64,000 nt of DNA from Verrucomicrobiota bacterium (GCA_045046875.1 JASFYY010000049.1:1-64000), one strand, 5' to 3'. Shown: positions 19,003 to 28,528, counted from the first letter of the stretch. Notes: generated from the sequence alone by a model not told the origin. Translations and numbers: made by a program.

Positions 19003-21786
19003 ATGATAGAATATAACGTGAGTGAACAAACGGAGATTCCAGAGGCTAACGGCTTCTCCGTCAAAATAATCGGAGTGGGTGGATCCGGGGCCAATGTGCT
19101 GGATCGAATGGCTCTCGAAGGCAGTGAGGCCGGAGATCTGCTGACGATCAACACCGATGTTCGGGCACTCTCGACTTCTGTATCGAGCAATAAAATTCAA
19201 CTGGGTAAAGAATTGCTGATGGGAATGGGCGCTGGTGGTGATCCTGAGCTGGGACGTGAGGCATCCTTGGAAGCTGAAGGTGAGATCCGCGATGCGGTGC
19301 GCGGCTACAGCATGGTTTTTGTTTGTGTCGGACTAGGCGGGGGAACGGGATCGGGTGCTGCGCCCGAGGTTTGCCGTATCGCCCGTGAAGAAGGCGCTTT
19401 TCTGGTGGCCTTCACTTCCTTGCCTTTTGGTTTTGAGGGAAAACGACGCATGGAGCAGGCGACCGACGCGCTCAAGGGGATCGGCGAATATGCCAATGCG
19501 GTGGTGACTTTTGAAAATGACCGCATGGGTGAGTTGCTGGTGGCCAAGGAGGGCATTCAGCAGGCTTTTGCCGCTGCGGATAAACTGATCAGTCAGAGTA
19601 TTCTTGCGACAACCAACATGGTGACTCAGCCGGGTATCATCCGTCTGGGCATGGATGACTTGCTGACGGCATTGCGCAACCGCGATTCCCGTTGTCTGTT
19701 TGGCTTCGGTTTGGCTAAAGGTGATAACCGCGCACAGGAAGCTCTGGCGCAGGCCTTGAAGAGTCCGTTGATTGATAAAACTTACTTGATGGATTCGGCT
19801 GAGAATGTGTTGATTCACATTTCCGGAGGCGATTCGTTGACGCTTTATGAAGTGGAGATCCTTATGGGCGAACTGGCCAAACATGTCAGTGATCAGGCTC
19901 AGATTCTATTCGGGGTGGGCACTGATAAAAAGCTAGGCAACAGTTTGGCGGTGACTTTGATCTCTTCGGTGTCGAGTGAAAAAATCGGCCCGAGCGGGAG
20001 CAGAAGAAAAAAGGAAGAGGATAAAAAAAAAGCCCTGACGAAGGATGATTCGGGCAGTGATGACGATGGAGGCGATGATGATGGAGGAGGGGGAGGTTCG
20101 GCAAAGCCGGGAAAGTCATCAGCTAAGGTAGAGACAAAGGGGAGCGCTGGCGCCGCCCCGCCTCCGCCGGATGATTTGGAGTTGAATGCGGAGCCTGGAG
20201 CAGAGCTTCAGGTGGAGGACGATACCGATGGGGCGGAAGAATTAACGGACTCGGGTGTATCTGAAGAAATAGAAAAAACTGAAACAGTTGTCGGCGACGA
20301 CGAAGAATCAGCAGAAATCTCATCAGCGGCTACTGCGGAAGCCGCTGATGAGATTTCTGCTGAGGAAGAGGTCGCTGAGGAAGAGGTCGCTGAGGAAGAG
20401 GTCGCTGAGGAAGAGGTCGCTGAGGAAGAGGAGCCTGGCCAGGACGAGGAGGAGATCGACGAAATTGATCCAGAGCCTGAATTGGAACAAGAGGTGTCGG
20501 CAGATCAGGAGTCGTTCAACGATGCCAACGATGAGCAAGAGGATGAAATCATCGCAGAAGAAGCTGAAGAGGTCGTCGAAGAGGAAGAAGTGGAGAGTGG
20601 GGTTGAACTTAAGGTGGATGCGGAGGACTTGCCATCTGGGTTGGAGGAAGAAATTTCGGAAATTGAAGCAGAACTCAAGAGCATCAATCAGCAAATTGAA
20701 GAATTTGATGAGGCGGAAGAGTCGGCTGCGGAGACCATTGTTGAATCCGCGCAGGATTTGGATGATGAGCCAGAAGCGGCAGCGCCTGAGCCCGAGCCTG
20801 AAACTGATCCAGTTGATGAGGTAGAAGCGCCTGATTTGATCGAGGAAGAAAGCGAGGATTCAGTTTCGGCGATAGAAGAAATTGATGAAGTCGAAGAGGA
20901 ACCTGCGGTGGATGAGGTGCCGGAAGAAGCGGTGCCTGGTCAAGGCATGGCCAGCCTGTTAGGTTTGACTCCAGTGAATGTGGACGAAGGCTCCGATGAG
21001 GTTGCCTTGCCGACGGATGAACCGCTTGATGAGCAAGAAGACCTCGAACCTGAGGTTGAAGCGGACGTTGAACCTGAAGAAGCTGCAGCGGAGGTATCGC
21101 CATTTGAAATAGATGACGAAGAAGAGGATGACGAGGGGGCGGCAGAAGTAGCGGAGGAGCTTGCTGTTTCGATTGAAAAGGAGCAGCAGGTTGATGAACC
21201 GGAGGAGGAAGTTCCAGCGCAACAAGAGCAGAAGAAGCCGTCCTTGCCTATGTCAATTCGCGATTTGGCGAAAAAGAGCATGCAAGATCAGCAAGCGGGT
21301 CAGGCTGAGGATGAGTTGATCGTGCACGCTTTGGATGAGGTTGATGGCGATGACGAGGCGGATGAAGATGAGGAGGCGAGCATTTTTGATGTGGGTGATG
21401 AGGAAGAAGGAGATGAGGAAAAGGTGAACGTGGCCGATGTGATTCTTTCTGCGGCAGCAGGTGACGATGGGGATCAAGAGATCACCCTGAGTCGGGTGGA
21501 TGCGCCCGAAGACGAAGACGACGATGAGGAGGAGCTTGAAGAAGAGCTTGCGGATTCTGCTGAAGAGCAGACCGATGAAGATATTTCCCAATCCGATCCG
21601 GAGGATTTCCCCGATTTGGGAAAGGGTGAAAGCGGTGATGAAAAACCAGGTAAAAGCGGCCCTCGGAAACAAGGGGTGTTGGAGCTTGAACCGACGGCAA
21701 AAGGTCGTTTTGCTAAAACCGATCCGACGATCGTGGAAGGGCAGGATTTGGATGTGCCCACTTTTTTGCGTGCTCGTAGGGACTAA
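19003..21786 (+). CDS. ftsZ: Cell division protein FtsZ with a very long acidic linker (927 aa)
   Basis: GVGGSGAN, INTD, GAGGDPELG, tubulin motif GGGTGSG, PFGFEG; C-terminal core peptide DLDVPTFLR. Confidence 0.95.
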   Translation: MIEYNVSEQTEIPEANGFSVKIIGVGGSGANVLDRMALEGSEAGDLLTINTDVRALSTSVSSNKIQLGKELLMGMGAGGDPELGREASLEAEGEIRDAVRGYSMVFVCVGLGGGTGSGAAPEVCRIAREEGAFLVAFTSLPFGFEGKRRMEQATDALKGIGEYANAVVTFENDRMGELLVAKEGIQQAFAAADKLISQSILATTNMVTQPGIIRLGMDDLLTALRNRDSRCLFGFGLAKGDNRAQEALAQALKSPLIDKTYLMDSAENVLIHISGGDSLTLYEVEILMGELAKHVSDQAQILFGVGTDKKLGNSLAVTLISSVSSEKIGPSGSRRKKEEDKKKALTKDDSGSDDDGGDDDGGGGGSAKPGKSSAKVETKGSAGAAPPPPDDLELNAEPGAELQVEDDTDGAEELTDSGVSEEIEKTETVVGDDEESAEISSAATAEAADEISAEEEVAEEEVAEEEVAEEEVAEEEEPGQDEEEIDEIDPEPELEQEVSADQESFNDANDEQEDEIIAEEAEEVVEEEEVESGVELKVDAEDLPSGLEEEISEIEAELKSINQQIEEFDEAEESAAETIVESAQDLDDEPEAAAPEPEPETDPVDEVEAPDLIEEESEDSVSAIEEIDEVEEEPAVDEVPEEAVPGQGMASLLGLTPVNVDEGSDEVALPTDEPLDEQEDLEPEVEADVEPEEAAAEVSPFEIDDEEEDDEGAAEVAEELAVSIEKEQQVDEPEEEVPAQQEQKKPSLPMSIRDLAKKSMQDQQAGQAEDELIVHALDEVDGDDEADEDEEASIFDVGDEEEGDEEKVNVADVILSAAAGDDGDQEITLSRVDAPEDEDDDEEELEEELADSAEEQTDEDISQSDPEDFPDLGKGESGDEKPGKSGPRKQGVLELEPTAKGRFAKTDPTIVEGQDLDVPTFLRARRD
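20359..20431 (+). repeat. In-frame 15-bp tandem repeat GCTGAGGAAGAGGTC (4 perfect copies plus 13 nt) encoding AEEEV repeats
   Basis: Read directly from the ftsZ linker sequence. Confidence 0.95.
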
Positions 21787-21944
21787 GCTGATATGTGAAG
21801 GCTGGGATGGATAAATAGAGTGTATGCATGGGTTGGTCGCTGGCACTATAAGATGAAAAATTATAAACACTGATTTCACTGATAGTGAAAAAATATCCTC
21901 AATTTAGAAATGCCCTGTAGTGTGAAATCTTCGATAGAATTGAT

Positions 21945-23267
21945 ATGAAAAAATTACTCAAAACTTCCCATGTGCTCGTCGCTGCAAGTCTGGCGCTTAC
22001 TTTCACGGCTGCCGCTGAGAATTGGCCGAATTGGCGTGGTCCTAACAATAACGGTTCGACCAGTGAAAAAGGATTTCCCGATAAGTTTTCTAAGACTGAA
22101 AATCTGTTATGGGAAGTTGATTTGCCGGGTGACGGGGCATCGGCACCGATTGTGTGGCAGGATGGCATTTATCTGACATCGATCGACGAATCGGTGGATG
22201 GAGTGGTGGCGATGAAGTTGGATCGCAAGACGGGCAAAGTGCTTTGGAAAAAACCTTTTGGCAAAGGCATGCGTCAGGATGACCGCAGCACTTACGCGGC
22301 TCCTTCGGCAGTGACCGATGGCAAGACGGTGTTCTTTTTCTCCGGCACGGGGGATTTGGTTGCTTATGATTTGGATGGCAAGGAAATCTGGGCTCGTAAC
22401 ATTCAGAAGGACTATGGCACCTTTGCTTTTGGGTGGACTTTCTCGACCAGCCCGGTGTTGTGGGATGGCACTTTGTATCTCCAGGTTTTGCAGCGCGATG
22501 TGGCGGTGGATGACAAAGGTTTTAAGGATCGCATCAACGAGTCCTACCTTCTGGCGATGGATCCGGCAACGGGTAAGGAAAAATGGCGGCACATCCGCCA
22601 GACTCCGGCTTTGATGGAATCACGCGAAGCCTTTTCGACTCCGGTGCCCAGTGAGCATAACGGACGCAAGGAATTGTTGGTGGTGGGGGGCGATTACCTG
22701 ACCAGTCATGATCCGCAGACCGGTAAAGAGTTGTGGCGTTGGGGCACCTGGAATCCGGATAAGGAAAAATATTGGCGCTTGGTGCCTTCGCCGGTTTATG
22801 GTGATGGCACGGTTTTGGTTTGTGGACCTAAAAGTGCACAGGCCTATGGGATCAAGGCAGGGGGATCGGGCACTTTGGGAGACGACGCGATTGCTTGGAA
22901 AAGCGAGGGTAAGTTGGTGGCGGCGGATGTGCCGACTCCTTTATATTATCAGGGACGTTTTTATCTGCTCAACGGGCGTAAAAAAGTGATCAGCTGTATC
23001 GAACCCAAAAGCGGCAAAGTGCTGTGGAGTGAGAAGTTGAATGCCAAAGTGAAACTGGAAGCTTCGCCGACTGGTGCGGATGGGAAAATCTATATCATCA
23101 GTCATTTGGGTGAGGTGTTTGTGGTGAAAGCGGGTGACCAGTTTGAGTTGATCAGCGAGTCGAACATGGGCGTGGCTCAGAGCACTTACATCCGTTCGCC
23201 GATTGTGGCAGCGCAGGGAAATTTGTTTATCCGCGCTAATAACAAACTGTTTTGCGTGGGCAAGTGA
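21945..23267 (+). CDS. Secreted PQQ-binding-like beta-propeller protein
   Basis: Signal peptide, NWPNWRGP, repeated 'A.D..TGK.LW' blades. Confidence 0.85.
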   Translation: MKKLLKTSHVLVAASLALTFTAAAENWPNWRGPNNNGSTSEKGFPDKFSKTENLLWEVDLPGDGASAPIVWQDGIYLTSIDESVDGVVAMKLDRKTGKVLWKKPFGKGMRQDDRSTYAAPSAVTDGKTVFFFSGTGDLVAYDLDGKEIWARNIQKDYGTFAFGWTFSTSPVLWDGTLYLQVLQRDVAVDDKGFKDRINESYLLAMDPATGKEKWRHIRQTPALMESREAFSTPVPSEHNGRKELLVVGGDYLTSHDPQTGKELWRWGTWNPDKEKYWRLVPSPVYGDGTVLVCGPKSAQAYGIKAGGSGTLGDDAIAWKSEGKLVAADVPTPLYYQGRFYLLNGRKKVISCIEPKSGKVLWSEKLNAKVKLEASPTGADGKIYIISHLGEVFVVKAGDQFELISESNMGVAQSTYIRSPIVAAQGNLFIRANNKLFCVGK

Positions 23268-24031
23268 TGAGCTTTGGGCGAGCGTTCCAAGCGGTGGTCC
23301 TAGTGGCTGCCGCTTATGTGATTTGCTCTGGTTCGGCTTTTGCTCAAGCAGCGGAGGGACAGGCGGACGTCTATGCGGGCAAGGTCATAAAGGATTTTAA
23401 ATTTGGTCAGGGATTGATTCTGGACCGGATGAAAAATGCGCCCCGACTGGGCGAGGTCGCTCCGGATTTTATTCTCAAGGATGCGACGAGTGGCAAGATC
23501 CTGCAGTTGAGCCAACTGTGCAAGAACAAGCCGGTGGTGCTGATGTTCGGCAGTTCAACCTGCAATGAAACCGGACGATCGATTGAGCCGATATCCAGAT
23601 TATCGGAAAAGTTTAAAAATAAAGTGCAATTTGTTTTGGTTTATATCCGGGAGGCCCATGCCCAGGACGGCTTGAACTTTGGCATGACGGGTAACATCGA
23701 TGATCCGAAAACATATGCCGAGCGATCGTCAGTGGCTGCTGCTTGGAAAAAAAACAAACAGATCCCATTTCCCGTGCTGGTTGATGGTATAGGTGACCCT
23801 ATGGCGGTGCGTTGGGCGGGGTGGCCGGTGCGTTTGTATGTGATCGATCAACAACAGAAGATCGTTTATGCCGGTCAGCAGGGGCCGTGGTTTTATAATC
23901 CTGGCAAGTGGTATGAGCATAGCGGCAAGGTGAATATTGTCTCCGATGCTGATCGGATTGGATTGAGTAAGGGCAGTTTGGAGGAGTTTTTGGAGGGTTT
24001 TGAAGCGGTGGGCGATAGCTCGAAGAAATGA
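23267..24031 (+). CDS. Secreted thioredoxin-fold iodothyronine-deiodinase-like protein (Cys form)
   Basis: APDFIL, PVVLMFGSSTC, LVYIREAHAQDG, WPVRLYVI...GPW; ATG overlaps the upstream TGA. Confidence 0.75.
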   Translation: MSFGRAFQAVVLVAAAYVICSGSAFAQAAEGQADVYAGKVIKDFKFGQGLILDRMKNAPRLGEVAPDFILKDATSGKILQLSQLCKNKPVVLMFGSSTCNETGRSIEPISRLSEKFKNKVQFVLVYIREAHAQDGLNFGMTGNIDDPKTYAERSSVAAAWKKNKQIPFPVLVDGIGDPMAVRWAGWPVRLYVIDQQQKIVYAGQQGPWFYNPGKWYEHSGKVNIVSDADRIGLSKGSLEEFLEGFEAVGDSSKK

Positions 24032-24052
24032 GCGGGTAGGCGATCAAGCTTG

Positions 24053-25657
24053 TCAGGGCTTGGGTGAGGCGTAACTGAGTTGTTTTGCTTGGCGATTAAA
24101 GCCGGGAAGTGAGTGCAGAGCGGCCCAGTGACGGTATTGCCAGGATCTCCAGTCCTTGTTTTCCATTTGTTTTTGTTCGTCACGGCTGACTTTGAGTATT
24201 TGTTTCCGGGCTTGTCTGGCGGCGGCACCAAAATGCTTTTGATTGTTGGCGATGAGCTGCAGGGTGGGCCAGGCGGGTGGGCCGAGCTTGGTCAGGTAGG
24301 GGATATCGATCCGGTGGTTTTGTTTGTCAGCTTGCAGGGCTTGTTGATAGTTGTAGCGCGCGACAAAAGCATGATCATCTGGGCCTTGCACAATAAAGAA
24401 CAACAGGAAAACAGCGAACAGGTTGGCGTTCACCAGCCAGGAAAATTTGCGTTGTTGGTGGATTTTGATGGCCAGCAAGACAAAACCTACGACGACGAGA
24501 ATCAGGAAAAAGGCGACGTAGAGTCGCAGTAGGGAGAGGTGGTAGGTGTCGACGTAGAGTTTCAGTCTGAGCAGCACACTGCTGACGAGCAGGAAGTTCT
24601 GTGCGATCCAAATGTGGGCGAGAATTTTTTGGCCCGGCGCATTGGTGACTTGTTTGTCCTGCTGGAAAATGATGAGCAATACGCTGGCGGCTAGGGCGAC
24701 ACAGGCAATTAGATTGTAAACACCTTGATGCACATACTCACTGAAGTTGACGTCACTTGGCAATGCAGTTTCCATCCAAAGGTAAAAAACGTCGAGGGTG
24801 TTGGCGGAGAAAAAGATCACATTAACGGCGATGAGCAAAAGTCGGCTGCTCCAAATACTGGCGTTCAGGTCGTTTGGGCTGGCCCATGTTAAGGGCAGTT
24901 TTTTTCTCAAGCGAATGAGGTCGAGGGAGAGCGGGGAGCGGCTCAATAACGAGAGCAATAAAAAGCCACTGCCGATCCAGAAAAGAATGCGCAGGATGGA
25001 GGGGAATTGAAAGGTGCCGATCCAAGAGAACAAGGTTGTGAATAGGTTTTTGATTCCATCTCCCATGATGGCGTTTCCGTTGGAGAATAGAATGAGAAAA
25101 ATGAGGGTGAGCAAGCTGGTAGGTAAAACGATTTTCGCCCAGCGACGGGTTTTTTTCAGGTTATTATTAAAAGTGGAAGTCCGGGTTGAGTGGGCAGTTT
25201 CCTGCATGATGCGTTTGAGGTGATAGCAGGTCAGATAAATATCGAACAGCCCGAATAAACCTTCCAATGCACGTCGCCAGTAGGGAGCGATCTGACGGTG
25301 GAGGAAATGACCGGAGGCGTAGATGGTGAGTATAAATATAACCAGCCAGTTAGAGAATGAACTTTCAATGGAGGCTTGGATGGCAGTTGCTGCCATCAAA
25401 AAATAGAGCAACAGGTCTTTCCAATCGGTAGGACGGGCGGGGCGATTGATGCGTAGGGCAAACCAGATGAGACCACAAAGCAGAGTGACTCCTGCCCCAA
25501 GAGTGATGCCAAAGGTGAGGAAATCCGCAGCCAGAATCAGTAGAAAAATGGAGAGCCGAAGTTTGACCTGCGAGTTTAATGCCTGTGGCGTTTTTTGTGG
25601 ATGCGGATCAGTGGTAGCTGACGCAGGTAGTTTCGAAGGGTAAAGTGGTGAGTCCAT
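24053..25657 (-). CDS. Multi-pass membrane protein, DUF4173/DUF4153-like
   Basis: About 12 TM segments; FSEYVHQG, RLKLYVDTYHLSLLRL, IDIPYL. Confidence 0.75.
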   Translation of the reverse strand: MDSPLYPSKLPASATTDPHPQKTPQALNSQVKLRLSIFLLILAADFLTFGITLGAGVTLLCGLIWFALRINRPARPTDWKDLLLYFLMAATAIQASIESSFSNWLVIFILTIYASGHFLHRQIAPYWRRALEGLFGLFDIYLTCYHLKRIMQETAHSTRTSTFNNNLKKTRRWAKIVLPTSLLTLIFLILFSNGNAIMGDGIKNLFTTLFSWIGTFQFPSILRILFWIGSGFLLLSLLSRSPLSLDLIRLRKKLPLTWASPNDLNASIWSSRLLLIAVNVIFFSANTLDVFYLWMETALPSDVNFSEYVHQGVYNLIACVALAASVLLIIFQQDKQVTNAPGQKILAHIWIAQNFLLVSSVLLRLKLYVDTYHLSLLRLYVAFFLILVVVGFVLLAIKIHQQRKFSWLVNANLFAVFLLFFIVQGPDDHAFVARYNYQQALQADKQNHRIDIPYLTKLGPPAWPTLQLIANNQKHFGAAARQARKQILKVSRDEQKQMENKDWRSWQYRHWAALHSLPGFNRQAKQLSYASPKP

Positions 25658-25678
25658 GTTCCTACCTTGGGCGACTGA

Positions 25679-25706
25679 TGTGAAAGTGGTGTGAAGTTTG
25701 TGTGAA
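25679..25706 (-). promoter_or_regulatory. Triple direct repeat TTCAC-N6-TTCAC-N6-TTCAC (cre-tag-like response regulator site)
   Basis: Minus strand reads TTCACacaaacTTCACaccactTTCACa, 11-bp period, 22-49 nt upstream of the ATG at 25657. Confidence 0.7.
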
Positions 25707-25773
25707 AAAGAGATGAAAAGGCAGCGGTTAACGATGGGCTTGTTTTTAAAATAGGAGAGGTTAGTATAGCTCC

Positions 25774-26985
25774 ATGAAATTAAACTCCCTTCTTTTTATT
25801 GGCATGGCTTTTGCCGTTATTGGAAATCTACAGCCGCTTGCCGAGGCGGCGCCAAAGGTCAAATTGCAGCGTGTTTATGAGAGCCTGGCAGTGGAGCGTC
25901 CGGTGTCTATAGTGATCCCCCCTGATGGCAGCAAACGGCAGTTTTTGGTCGAGCAGACGGGTAAGGTGAAAATCATGCCGAGCGATGACAAAGGTAATGA
26001 GTCCAAGGTGTTCCTCGACTTGTCTGATCGTAAGATGGCGGAGAAGGATTTTGAAGAAGGTCTGCTGGGCTTGGCTTTCCATTCGAAATTTGCGGAGAAC
26101 GGCAAGTTTTATGTGAGTTATTCGCAGCAGGGTCCGAAGCGCACCCGGATCAGTGAATTCAAGAGCGCCGATGGTCAGACGGTAGATTTGTCGAGTGAAC
26201 GTATTCTGATGGAGATTCAGCAACCGGAGTGGAACCACAATTCGGGTAATTTGTTGTTCAATCCGAAAGACGGTTTTTTATATATTTGTGTTGGTGACGG
26301 GGGACTCAAAAACGGGGTTTTCATGCTGCCGCAGAAGTTGACCCGTTGGAATGGCAAAGTGTTGAGAATTGATGTTGATGGGAAATCACCAGGACGTGAG
26401 TATGCTATTCCCAAGGATAATCCGTTTGTGGATGTGCCTAACGCCTGTCCGGAGATTTATGCTTTTGGTTTCCGCAATCCCTGGGGATCGTGGATCGATC
26501 CCGAGACCGGTATTTTCTGGCTGGCTGATGTGGGGCAGGATCTGTGGGAGGAAATTGATTGGGTTGAAAAAGGAGGCAACTACGGTTGGGAGTATATGGA
26601 GGGAACGCACCCACAAGTGTTCCGTAAGGAGTTGATGAAACTGTTGATGCGCAAAGCGAATCCTCCGCGCGGTACGCAGTTCATTGATCCAGTGTATGAA
26701 TATTCGCATGCGGATGGATTGAGCATCACTGGTGGTTTTGTCTATCGAGGTGAGAAGATCCCGGCGCTGCAAGGCTATTACGTTTATGGTGACTGGAAGC
26801 TGGGAACGGTCTGGGCATTGAAGATTGATGAAAAGAGCAAGAAGGTGATCGACCATGTGGTGCTGTTCAAAGCGAAGGACAATGCCGAGGAGAAATTCAA
26901 CTGGACGGCTTTTGCTGCTGATAAGGATGGTGAAGTGTTATTGCTGAACTGGGACGGACGGATTTTCAGGATGGTGGGGGAGTGA
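25774..26985 (+). CDS. Secreted glucose/sorbosone dehydrogenase-family (PQQ-dependent sugar dehydrogenase) protein
   Basis: EEGLLGLAFH, NHNSG, GDGG, GKVLRID, GFRNPW, DVGQ...EEI, GGNYGW, SITGGFVYRG. Confidence 0.88.
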   Translation: MKLNSLLFIGMAFAVIGNLQPLAEAAPKVKLQRVYESLAVERPVSIVIPPDGSKRQFLVEQTGKVKIMPSDDKGNESKVFLDLSDRKMAEKDFEEGLLGLAFHSKFAENGKFYVSYSQQGPKRTRISEFKSADGQTVDLSSERILMEIQQPEWNHNSGNLLFNPKDGFLYICVGDGGLKNGVFMLPQKLTRWNGKVLRIDVDGKSPGREYAIPKDNPFVDVPNACPEIYAFGFRNPWGSWIDPETGIFWLADVGQDLWEEIDWVEKGGNYGWEYMEGTHPQVFRKELMKLLMRKANPPRGTQFIDPVYEYSHADGLSITGGFVYRGEKIPALQGYYVYGDWKLGTVWALKIDEKSKKVIDHVVLFKAKDNAEEKFNWTAFAADKDGEVLLLNWDGRIFRMVGE

Positions 26986-27046
26986 GCGGTGATGGGGATG
27001 ATCTGGAATACTTGGTGAGATCGTCTTTGGATGAAGAAATTTTTAG

Positions 27047-27073
27047 ACCACGGATGTCACGGATAGCGCGGAT
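27047..27073 (+). repeat. CGGAT nonamer triplet (ACCACGGAT GTCACGGAT AGCGCGGAT)
   Basis: Intergenic; the same motif recurs at 30708-30735 (minus) and 42482-42648. Confidence 0.75.
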
Positions 27074-27085
27074 GGGAGAAGAGTT

Positions 27086-28528
27086 TTGAGAATAAGAGGG
27101 GGATCACGAAGAAGTATAAAACTGCTTTTTTTTGCAGCATGTTTGGCGGTGGTGTTTTTGAATAAGCTTGCTCCGGGATGTTTTGCTAGGGAAGCGGGTA
27201 AGTTGAATGTGCTGTTCATCGCGGTTGATGACCTGAACTGTCGCTTGGGATGTTATGGTTTTAAGCATATCAAGTCTCCGAATATCGATCGACTGGCGAA
27301 GCAGGGATTGCGTTTTGACCGTGCTTATTGTCAGTTTCCTTCCTGCGGTCCGAGTCGGGCTTCGGTATTAACCGGGCTGAGGCCGAACAGCACAGGGGTT
27401 CTTCATAACCGGATTCGTTTCCGCGATGTCAGTCCGGATGTGATCACTTTGCCGCAACTGTTTCGACAGAATGATTATCATGTGGCGCGGGTGGGGAAAA
27501 TTTTCCACCAATCCGTGCCCACGGACATCGGAACCAGTGGGCCGGATGATGAACGGTCCTGGGATGAAGTGGTGAACCCTCGTGGGCGTGATAAGGAGGA
27601 AGAACATCTGCTCACCGTTTATACTCCGGATTTGCCTTTGCCTGATCAGATGTGTTATCTCAAGGCTGAGGGCAGTGATTTGGAGCAAACCGATGGTAAG
27701 GGCATCAGTGAGGCGATCCGCTTGCTTGAAGCGAATCAGCAGCGTCCGTTTTTCATCGCGGTGGGTTTATACCGTCCACATATTCCCTACATCGCACCGA
27801 AGAAATATTTTGATCTGTATGATTTTAATAAAACGGTGCTCCCTGTATTACCTGTGAATTATCGTGATCGCGTTCCGCAAGCAGCCTTGGCTTCCACTCC
27901 GGTGTGGCCTAATTTTGGCACCACGGATAGAGAAGCCCGCGAATGTGTTCTTGCTTACGACGCCTGTGTTTCTTTTGTGGATGCACAGGTGGGGCGTCTG
28001 CTCACAGCGCTGGATCGGTTGAAATTGCGCGAACGGACTTTGATTGTCCTGTGGGGTGATCATGGTTACCACTTGGGCGAACACGGTTTGTGGAGAAAAA
28101 ATTCACTTTATGAAGAGTCGGCGCGGGCACCGCTTATTTTTGCCGGAGCAGGGATCAAGGCAAATGCCGAGGGATGTTCGCGGCGAGTGGAGTTCGTTGA
28201 TATTTACCCAACGATTGCCGACTTGGCCGGGTTGAAAGCTCCTGATAACTTGGAGGGAGTCAGTTTGCGCCCTTTGTTGGATAACCCGTCAGCAGAATGG
28301 AAACGACCCGCTTATACTCAAGTGCAGTTTCGTGAGACTCCGGGTTATGCGGTGCGCTCCGGGCCTTGGAATTATGTTGAATGGGGAGAGGGCGGTCGTG
28401 CGGGGCGGGAACTGTATGATCAAGTCAATGATCCCCGGGAATTGAAAAATCTGATCGATAACCCTGAGCATGCACAGGTTCAGGTGCAATTGAAATTATT
28501 GCTGAGGAAGAAGTTCGGCGGTGAGTGA
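27086..28528 (+). CDS. Sulfatase (Cys-type S1, iduronate-2-sulfatase-like)
   Basis: NVLFIAVDDL, CGPSRASVLTG, GKIFH, RPHIPY, GDHGYHLGEH. Start uncertain (TTG). Confidence 0.92.
   Translation: MRIRGGSRRSIKLLFFAACLAVVFLNKLAPGCFAREAGKLNVLFIAVDDLNCRLGCYGFKHIKSPNIDRLAKQGLRFDRAYCQFPSCGPSRASVLTGLRPNSTGVLHNRIRFRDVSPDVITLPQLFRQNDYHVARVGKIFHQSVPTDIGTSGPDDERSWDEVVNPRGRDKEEEHLLTVYTPDLPLPDQMCYLKAEGSDLEQTDGKGISEAIRLLEANQQRPFFIAVGLYRPHIPYIAPKKYFDLYDFNKTVLPVLPVNYRDRVPQAALASTPVWPNFGTTDREARECVLAYDACVSFVDAQVGRLLTALDRLKLRERTLIVLWGDHGYHLGEHGLWRKNSLYEESARAPLIFAGAGIKANAEGCSRRVEFVDIYPTIADLAGLKAPDNLEGVSLRPLLDNPSAEWKRPAYTQVQFRETPGYAVRSGPWNYVEWGEGGRAGRELYDQVNDPRELKNLIDNPEHAQVQVQLKLLLRKKFGGE

Noticed and set aside
20359..20431. 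Possible CRISPR array
   Set aside because: Contiguous 15-bp repeats without spacers, inside a CDS; no cas genes in the window.
20288..20824. ORF with RKRSL repeats resembling a protamine-like protein
   Set aside because: Alternative frame of the AEEEV repeat within ftsZ.
23561..23563. Selenocysteine recoding in the deiodinase-like gene
   Set aside because: The codon is TGC (Cys), not TGA.
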